From an uncultured bacterium (GTDB lineage Bacteria; JAGOEH01), in assembly GCA_964632485.1 (NCBI GenBank), contig CAZWDO010000006.1, positions 1 to 64,000 on the forward strand: 64,000 bases of DNA. Reading direction: 5' to 3'. The notes under the pieces were generated by a model. The model saw only the letters and a list, made by a program, of their open reading frames with translations. It had not been told where the DNA came from and did not search any database. A program made the translations under genes and the position numbers. This document shows, piece after piece, positions 57,694-64,000 of the stretch (positions within the stretch are counted from its first letter, which is position 1; each line of letters begins with the position of its first letter).

Positions 57694-59307
57694 ATGCGGA
57701 ACTTTTATTTTATAACTGTTATGGGGATATTGTTTTTAGCAGTTTCTGCGCTGGACGCGTGCACCAACTATTTGATTACTCGGGCGGCCAGCGCTGACAG
57801 CTCGACAATGATCACTTATACGGCTGATTCTCAGCATCTTTACGGTGAACTTTATTATCGACCGGCGGGAGATTATGCGGATTCGGCTATGGTGGATGTA
57901 CTTGAATGGGATACGGGAAAATTTTTAGGCCGCATTCCCCAGGTCCGGCATACGTATGCGGTGATTGGCAACATGAACGAACATCAATTGGCGCTTGGCG
58001 AGACAACATTTGGCGGCCGTCTTGAATTGATTGATACGACGGCAATTGTCGATTATGGCTCATTGATCTATTTTACTTTGCAGCGGGCGCGTACTGCCCG
58101 TGAGGCCATTCATGTTATGGCTGATTTGGTAGCTGAATACGGTTATTACAGTGATGGGGAATCTTTTTCAATCTCCGACCCCAATGAGGTTTGGATTATG
58201 GAGATGATTGGAAAAGGAGTAGGCAACAAGGGCGCTGTTTGGGTTGCGCAAAAAGTACCCGATGGTTATGTGTGCGCGCATGCCAACCAGGCTCGTATCC
58301 GCCAGTTTCCGTTGGATGATACGTTGAATTGTCTCTATGCTTCTGATGTGATCTCCTTTGCCCGCGAAAACGGTTGGTATAAGGGTTCTGATCAGGATTT
58401 CAGCTATGCTGATACTTATTGTCCGCTGGATTATGAAGCGCTGCGTTTTTGTGAATCAAGGGTTTGGTCATTTTATCGCCGCATTGCGCCTTCGCAGAAT
58501 TTGTCTATGGATTATGTGAAAGGTAAAAAAGGCGCGCGGCCCTTGCCCCTTTTTATTAAACCGGATAAAAAGGTGACGGTGGAAGACATGATGGCCTATA
58601 TGCGCGATCATTTTGAAGGAACCGAGTGGGATATGACAAAAGGGCTCGATGCAGGTCCCTACCATGTCCCCTATCGATGGCGGCCTCTGACCTGGGAATT
58701 GGACGGCAAGAAATATTGTTGGGAACGCGCCGCATCCACTCAACAAACCGGTTTTTCCTTCTTCACTCAATCCCGTAATTATCTGCCGGATGGCATTGGC
58801 GGCGTATTTTGGTTCGGTGTGGATGATACTTATAGCACGTGCTATTTTCCAATCTATTGCAACGCAAAAGAAGTTCCGGCGGCCTTTGCCCAGCATAACG
58901 GCAGTTTAAATCAGTTTTCCTGGGATGCTGCTTTCTGGGTTTTTAATTGGGTGAGTAATTTTGCTTATACCCGTTATCAGGATATTATTCAGGATGTGCA
59001 AGTTGTTCAAAATAGCTTAGAAAGCAAATTTATTCGTTTGCAGCCTGCGGTGGAGCAAACCGCTGCTAACCTTTGGACTCGGGACAGCTCTCTGGCGCTT
59101 GCCTATCTGAATGACTATTCCTATCAACAAGGGGAACGGGTGATGAAAGCCTGGCAGAAATTGGCTCAGGATTTATTCGTGAAATTTTTGGATGGTTATG
59201 TCAAAGATAAAAATGGAACGCCCCAATGGAGCGGATATCCTGAAGAATGGTTGCGGGAAGTGATTCGCAATCGCGGAAAGGATCATTATCGCATTCCGGA
59301 AAATTAA
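57694..59307 (+). CDS. Peptidase C69 family dipeptidase (exported)
   Basis: Signal peptide then CTN nucleophile; NMNEHQLALGETTFGGR; HANQARIRQF. Confidence 0.92.
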   Translation: MRNFYFITVMGILFLAVSALDACTNYLITRAASADSSTMITYTADSQHLYGELYYRPAGDYADSAMVDVLEWDTGKFLGRIPQVRHTYAVIGNMNEHQLALGETTFGGRLELIDTTAIVDYGSLIYFTLQRARTAREAIHVMADLVAEYGYYSDGESFSISDPNEVWIMEMIGKGVGNKGAVWVAQKVPDGYVCAHANQARIRQFPLDDTLNCLYASDVISFARENGWYKGSDQDFSYADTYCPLDYEALRFCESRVWSFYRRIAPSQNLSMDYVKGKKGARPLPLFIKPDKKVTVEDMMAYMRDHFEGTEWDMTKGLDAGPYHVPYRWRPLTWELDGKKYCWERAASTQQTGFSFFTQSRNYLPDGIGGVFWFGVDDTYSTCYFPIYCNAKEVPAAFAQHNGSLNQFSWDAAFWVFNWVSNFAYTRYQDIIQDVQVVQNSLESKFIRLQPAVEQTAANLWTRDSSLALAYLNDYSYQQGERVMKAWQKLAQDLFVKFLDGYVKDKNGTPQWSGYPEEWLREVIRNRGKDHYRIPEN

Positions 59308-59336
59308 TGCAACTTAAAAAGAGAGAGATGAGGAGA

Positions 59337-60305
59337 TTAAAACTCGAATTTTTGATTTTGAAACAGACTCAGGCAGGCATCCACGACTTCCGGATCATAG
59401 AGAATCCCTTTGTTGATCGTAATCTCCTCAAGAGCTTTCTGAATACCGAGCGCTGGACGATATGGACGGTGGGACGACATTGCTTCAACTACATCGGCTA
59501 CGCAAACGATACGGGCTTCGATAATAATAGATTCATTGAATAATCCCTGTGGATAGCCACTCCCGTTGATTCGTTCATGGTGTTGATGGACAATGTCTGA
59601 AATTGGCCAGGGGAACGAAATGTTTTTTAAGAGATCATAGCCAATTTCAGAGTGCTGTTTGATCAGCTCGAACTCAATTTTGGAAAGCCTGGCCGGATTT
59701 GCCAGTATTTCAGCGGGAATTTTTATTTTACCAATATCATGCAGTATGCCGGCGATGCGGATTCCTTCGACCGTCTCTTCATCCATATTCATTTCAAGAG
59801 CGATGCGGCTGGCCAATTCCGCGACGCGATGCTGATGACCGGCCGTATAGGGATCACGCAGTTCAAGGGTTGTCGCCAAGGCTGTCACGGTATCCTGAAG
59901 TATTTTCTTGAAATTCAGCTCGCTTTGTTCGGCCTGATATTTATATAACGCCATTTCGATCGTGGCATGGAGGGTTCGTTCTTCGATGGGTTTGACAATA
60001 TATCCGTATGGTTCCGTTTTTTGAGCCCGGTTTAAAATCATTTCATCATTGAAGGCGCTTAAATAGATAATTGGGATCGGATTGATTTCCCGTACTTTTA
60101 TCGCTGTTTCAATACCGTCATAGGGTCCGTTAATTTTAATATCCATCAGGATTAAATTCGGCGGATCCGATTTAATCTGTTCCAAAACGGCAGGGCCCGA
60201 ATCCAATATATTCAAAACCTCATAGCCTTGTTTGCGGATAAACTCCTTGATGATAAAGGCGTTGACCTTGTCATCCTCGACGATTAATATTTTTTTTCCT
60301 ATCAT
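59337..60305 (-). CDS. Response regulator with an HD-GYP phosphodiesterase domain
   Basis: ILIVEDD and LMDI in the receiver; RDPYTAGH, LHDIGK and HHERINGSGYP. Confidence 0.95.
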   Translation of the reverse strand: MIGKKILIVEDDKVNAFIIKEFIRKQGYEVLNILDSGPAVLEQIKSDPPNLILMDIKINGPYDGIETAIKVREINPIPIIYLSAFNDEMILNRAQKTEPYGYIVKPIEERTLHATIEMALYKYQAEQSELNFKKILQDTVTALATTLELRDPYTAGHQHRVAELASRIALEMNMDEETVEGIRIAGILHDIGKIKIPAEILANPARLSKIEFELIKQHSEIGYDLLKNISFPWPISDIVHQHHERINGSGYPQGLFNESIIIEARIVCVADVVEAMSSHRPYRPALGIQKALEEITINKGILYDPEVVDACLSLFQNQKFEF

Positions 60306-60324
60306 GGTTCCTCTTTACTTTTCA

Positions 60325-61059
60325 TCAAGTCCCTAATTCTAATCGATACGCTAAAATTTCCGGCAGCATATTACTATTTTTAATTTTTTTCATCGTCTCC
60401 TGATAGGGGTAGGGAATGCGATGAAATACGAGTTTACAGGTTTCTGTGTCCATGATCACAAAGCAGGCGTCCGGATTGTGGTCTCTGGGCTGCCCGACAC
60501 TGCCCACATTGATAATATAACTTGAGTTTGGATCAAAGTCAAGCTCTGTTTTTTTTGACATGCTGAGATGATTTTTTTTTTCTTTTTCCACGATCATTGG
60601 GATGTGGGTATGGCCAATGAACAAGGGGAAGACAGTTTCGTCCAGTTCGTATTCCCGTTCAAAATCTTTTTCAAAGGTCAGGTAAAGCCAAGCCAGCGGG
60701 TCGGACCAGCAACTGTGGGCCAATGACAGGCCACAATCCCTGCTTTGGAAGGGGAGTGTGGCCAACCAGTCGCGCCAACGCGATTCGATGATTGTTATCT
60801 GGTACTGAAGCGCTTGCCGGGCGTAAAGGCTAAATTGGGCCATTAGTTGAGGATTAAGCAGAGCGGCTTCATGATTTCCTAAAAGAGTGCGGCTGCAATT
60901 TTTGGCAACCAGTTCGAGGCACTCATTGGGATTGGGCCCGTATCCGATAATGTCCCCCAGGCAAAAGATCGTGTGGATTTGCTGTTGATGAATAGTCGTC
61001 AGGACTTCATTGAGGGCTTCCAGATTGGCATGGATATCGCTAATGATCGCTATTTTCAT
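60325..61059 (-). CDS. Calcineurin-like metallophosphoesterase
   Basis: SDIHAN, LGDIIGYG, GNHE, GHTH and NVGSVGQPRD. Confidence 0.93.
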   Translation of the reverse strand: MKIAIISDIHANLEALNEVLTTIHQQQIHTIFCLGDIIGYGPNPNECLELVAKNCSRTLLGNHEAALLNPQLMAQFSLYARQALQYQITIIESRWRDWLATLPFQSRDCGLSLAHSCWSDPLAWLYLTFEKDFEREYELDETVFPLFIGHTHIPMIVEKEKKNHLSMSKKTELDFDPNSSYIINVGSVGQPRDHNPDACFVIMDTETCKLVFHRIPYPYQETMKKIKNSNMLPEILAYRLELGT

Positions 61060-61525
61060 GATCTTCGGGTTTTTTTATGGCCATGGAAACAGCAATTTTA
61101 TCAAGTATGGCATTAATCAAACCCAGGGTATCATCAAGGCCGAAAAATCGGCCGAGTTCCAGGGCCTCATTAATAGTAGCTTCTACGGGTATAGTGTTAA
61201 AATAGCGGAATTCCGAAATGGCAGCTTTTAAAATAATCCGGGTCAATACGGGCAGACGTTCCACCTCCCCCGGATCGAAGAATTCCTGGATTTTCGATTC
61301 GATGGATGTTTGGTTCTGGACCGTTATGGCAACCAGATCGTGAGTAAATTCGTAGATTTTATCTTTGTCGGGAAATTGTCGCTTTATGCTGTGTATAGTG
61401 GCATCAATATCCTTGGCATTGATTTCCAGGCTATAAAGGGACTGGATGGCATAGATGCGACTACGAAAACGGGGAGTGTAATCTTTGGCCTGCTGGATCC
61501 AGGGTTGTGGCATGGGTGTGTTCAC
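61040..61525 (-). CDS. nusB: Transcription antitermination factor NusB
   Basis: [18 protein letters not shown] and INAILD; follows ribH. Confidence 0.9.
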   Translation of the reverse strand: MNTPMPQPWIQQAKDYTPRFRSRIYAIQSLYSLEINAKDIDATIHSIKRQFPDKDKIYEFTHDLVAITVQNQTSIESKIQEFFDPGEVERLPVLTRIILKAAISEFRYFNTIPVEATINEALELGRFFGLDDTLGLINAILDKIAVSMAIKKPEDHENSDH

Positions 61526-61995
61526 TGTGATTGAAGGTTGATGAAGAGATTGGCCATTTCAATAGCTGTCAGCGCGGCATCCCAGCCTTTGTTCCCCGCC
61601 TTGGATCCGGCGCGTTCAATAGCCTGCTCGATATTGTCGGTTGTTAAAACTCCAAAACTGATGGGGGTATTATGTTGCAGCATTACATGCGCTACCCCTT
61701 TTGCAACTTCGGCGGCGACATAATCGAAATGGGGTGTTGAACCCCGGATGACGGCGCCCAGACAAATAATTGCCTGGTAGCGGTTGCCTTTTGCCAATTG
61801 CTGGGCGGTAAGGGGGATTTCAAAGGCGCCGGGCGCCCAGACAATATCGATTTGCTGCTCATCCGCTTCATGGCGGATAAGGCAATCGAGCGCGCCTTCC
61901 AGCAGTTTTCCGGTAATAAATTCGTTAAATCGGCTCACGACAATCGCAAAACGATGGTTCTGAGCGGAAAGATGTCCTTCAATGGTCTTGGGCAT
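61522..61995 (-). CDS. ribH: 6,7-dimethyl-8-ribityllumazine synthase
   Basis: [26 protein letters not shown] and GNKG. Confidence 0.98.
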   Translation of the reverse strand: MPKTIEGHLSAQNHRFAIVVSRFNEFITGKLLEGALDCLIRHEADEQQIDIVWAPGAFEIPLTAQQLAKGNRYQAIICLGAVIRGSTPHFDYVAAEVAKGVAHVMLQHNTPISFGVLTTDNIEQAIERAGSKAGNKGWDAALTAIEMANLFINLQSQ

Positions 61996-63220
61996 GATTG
62001 TTTTCCTCCGGGTAATCTAAAAAATGTCCCAGTTTAAGTTTTTTTGTGTTTAGATAATGCTGATTGACATCGTTGGGGGAGATAACGATAGGAACACGTT
62101 CCATAATCTCCAGTCCATATCCGTTCAATCCGATCAATTTTAAGGGGTTATTGGTTATCAGGTGAATTTGTTTGACCCCGAGATGCCGCAGGATTTGAGC
62201 GCCGATACCATAATCCCGCAAATCTGCCGGAAAGCCCAATTGGATATTGGCTTCAACGGTATCGTAACCTCTATCCTGGAGCTCATACGCCATAATTTTG
62301 TTTGCTAAACCGATTCCCCGTCCTTCCTGACGCATATAGAGCAAAATTCCTTCACCGGCCTCTTCAATCATACTCATCGCCTGATGGAGTTGGTCCCCGC
62401 AATCGCAACGCAGGGATCCGAGTACATCGCCGGTCAGGCATTGACTATGGACGCGGGTGAGAATCGGTTTTTCTCCGTGAATGGTTCCTTTAACCAATGC
62501 CAAATGATGATCGCCTGTAATAATATCCTCGTACAAATGGAGGGTAAAATGTCCGTATTTGGAGGGAAATGGAATAGTGACAATGGGTTTTACCAGGTTT
62601 TCCCGGGCAAAGCGATAGGTGATCAAATCGGCGATGGTGATTATTTTAAGGCCGAGCTGACGGGCAATCAGCGCCAGTTTAGGTAAACGGGCCATTTGAC
62701 CGTCATCATCCATGATCTCGCAAATAGCGGCGCCTGGAAACAAACCCGCTAATTTTGTTAAATCGATACCGGCTTCAGTATGCCCGGACCTTCTTAAAAC
62801 GCCGCCCATGGCGCCGCGTAAGGGAAAAATATGCCCTGGCCGCGCAAAATCTTCTGCCATGCGTTGCTCATCAACCAAGCCCTTGATGGTCAAGGCCCGG
62901 TCATACGCCGAAATCCCGGTTGTCGTCCCTTCCTTTAAATCGACGGATACTGTGAATGGCGTGCCCATTTTCGAATCATTCTCGCGAACCATCATTTCCA
63001 GCGACAACTGTTCGACACGGGGAGCGTCCAGGGAAACACAAATCAGCCCCCGGCCTTCACGGGCCATAAAATTAACCAATTCCGGGGTGATTAGTTGCGC
63101 GGCGCAAACAAAATCACCTTCATTCTCTCGATTTTCATCATCCACGACAATGATCATGCGACCTGATCGAATCTCTTCAATTGCTTCTTCAATTGTATTG
63201 AAACGTATGCTTGGTTCCAT
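61979..63220 (-). CDS. ribBA: Bifunctional DHBP synthase / GTP cyclohydrolase II
   Basis: [32 protein letters not shown] and QEGRGIGL. Confidence 0.98.
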   Translation of the reverse strand: MEPSIRFNTIEEAIEEIRSGRMIIVVDDENRENEGDFVCAAQLITPELVNFMAREGRGLICVSLDAPRVEQLSLEMMVRENDSKMGTPFTVSVDLKEGTTTGISAYDRALTIKGLVDEQRMAEDFARPGHIFPLRGAMGGVLRRSGHTEAGIDLTKLAGLFPGAAICEIMDDDGQMARLPKLALIARQLGLKIITIADLITYRFARENLVKPIVTIPFPSKYGHFTLHLYEDIITGDHHLALVKGTIHGEKPILTRVHSQCLTGDVLGSLRCDCGDQLHQAMSMIEEAGEGILLYMRQEGRGIGLANKIMAYELQDRGYDTVEANIQLGFPADLRDYGIGAQILRHLGVKQIHLITNNPLKLIGLNGYGLEIMERVPIVISPNDVNQHYLNTKKLKLGHFLDYPEENNHAQDH

Positions 63221-63231
63221 TAGCGCCTTCC

Positions 63232-63879
63232 TTAAACGAATCCGAATTGTTTGAGTTTTCCCAGCAACTGCTGATTGCTTTTATCTTTATGGAGTAGTTC
63301 CAAATGAGCTTGTACGTATTTTCCCAGAATATCGAATTCCACATTGACTTGTTCACCTTTTTGGCGATATTTCAAAATGGTAGTTTCAAGAGTATGACGA
63401 ATGAGACCGACTCTGACCGAAGGCCATTGAATCTCCTGAATTGTCAGACTGATTCCATCAATGGCGATTGATCCCTGCGGAATGATCAGGTTGGACATCT
63501 CTTGTTTAAATCGGATACGCAAAAAATGGGGTTCCCGGTGACTCTCAATTTGTTCGACAACAGCGATGACATCGATATGGCCGCTTACTAAATGGCCGCC
63601 TACCCGGCTTTGGAGTTGTAATGCCCGTTCGAGATTGACCTTCGCGCCCACTCTTAATTCTCCTAACGAAGTTTTCTTAAGTGTGTCGCTCATGGTTTGA
63701 AAACTAAATTCCTCCGTATCATGGGTTACTACCGTCTGACAGGTTCCATTGACCGCAATGCTGTCGCCGTTCCGGACATCCTTTAAAATACCGGGAGCCC
63801 GGCAGTTAAAGCTGATTGAGTTTGCTTCCTGGCGGCGGGCTGTGATCGCGCCGATTGTTTCAATTATACCGGTAAACAT
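63232..63879 (-). CDS. ribE: Riboflavin synthase (alpha chain)
   Basis: [20 protein letters not shown] and [10 protein letters not shown]. Confidence 0.97.
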   Translation of the reverse strand: MFTGIIETIGAITARRQEANSISFNCRAPGILKDVRNGDSIAVNGTCQTVVTHDTEEFSFQTMSDTLKKTSLGELRVGAKVNLERALQLQSRVGGHLVSGHIDVIAVVEQIESHREPHFLRIRFKQEMSNLIIPQGSIAIDGISLTIQEIQWPSVRVGLIRHTLETTILKYRQKGEQVNVEFDILGKYVQAHLELLHKDKSNQQLLGKLKQFGFV

Positions 63880-63881
63880 GT

Positions 63882-64000
63882 TTATTCCAATGCTCCTTCA
63901 ATCATAAAGCAATCGTCAAATTGACGGTATCGGGGAAATTTAATGCGTTTTGCTGTTGTCAATGAACGGATTGTCATCTGTTGAAATGGTGATTTCCCGG
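63882..64000 (-). CDS. ribD: Probable RibD C-terminus (partial)
   Basis: ...GKSPF...YRQFDDCFMIEGALE* directly upstream of ribE; called mainly from context. Confidence 0.7.
   Translation of the reverse strand, partial: GKSPFQQMTIRSLTTAKRIKFPRYRQFDDCFMIEGALE

Overview
A 64 kb chromosomal segment from a diderm bacterium, probably an FCB-superphylum candidate lineage (inferred from LptD, BamD, a PorV-like barrel, a GWxTD protein and Reg_prop/Y_Y_Y sensors; not a firm taxonomic call). Housekeeping content: ddh-lptD, purB-purC-glmU-like-ECF sigma, ffh-rpsP-khpA-trmD-rplS-rnhB-yraN, ispDF, radA-tgt and ribD-ribE-ribBA-ribH-nusB. Signalling content: two GGDEF proteins, an HD-GYP protein, a PP2C/STAS pair and a histidine kinase. 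There is also a nitrate/sulfonate-type ABC transporter. Most notable: (1) a SusD-less TonB-receptor locus (IPT/TIG lipoprotein, lipoprotein, PorV-like barrel, TBDR, FN3 protein with a T9SS-like C-terminal domain) lying between two diverged copies of the GWxTD gene 5' end; (2) strong enrichment of D-S/T sequons in exported proteins, including 11 consecutive Asp residues followed by S/T in one lipoprotein, suggesting Bacteroidota-like O-glycosylation; (3) a bactofilin inserted in the S16 operon, which lacks rimM; (4) a signal-less NrtA/NasS-like protein divergent from the ABC transporter, whose leader is structured; (5) a nested, tandemly amplified REP-like element; (6) a mosaic of four gene remnants at 47.8-49.4 kb. 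No CRISPR array, tRNA or rRNA gene was seen. Family assignments come from motif recognition only; no database searches were run.
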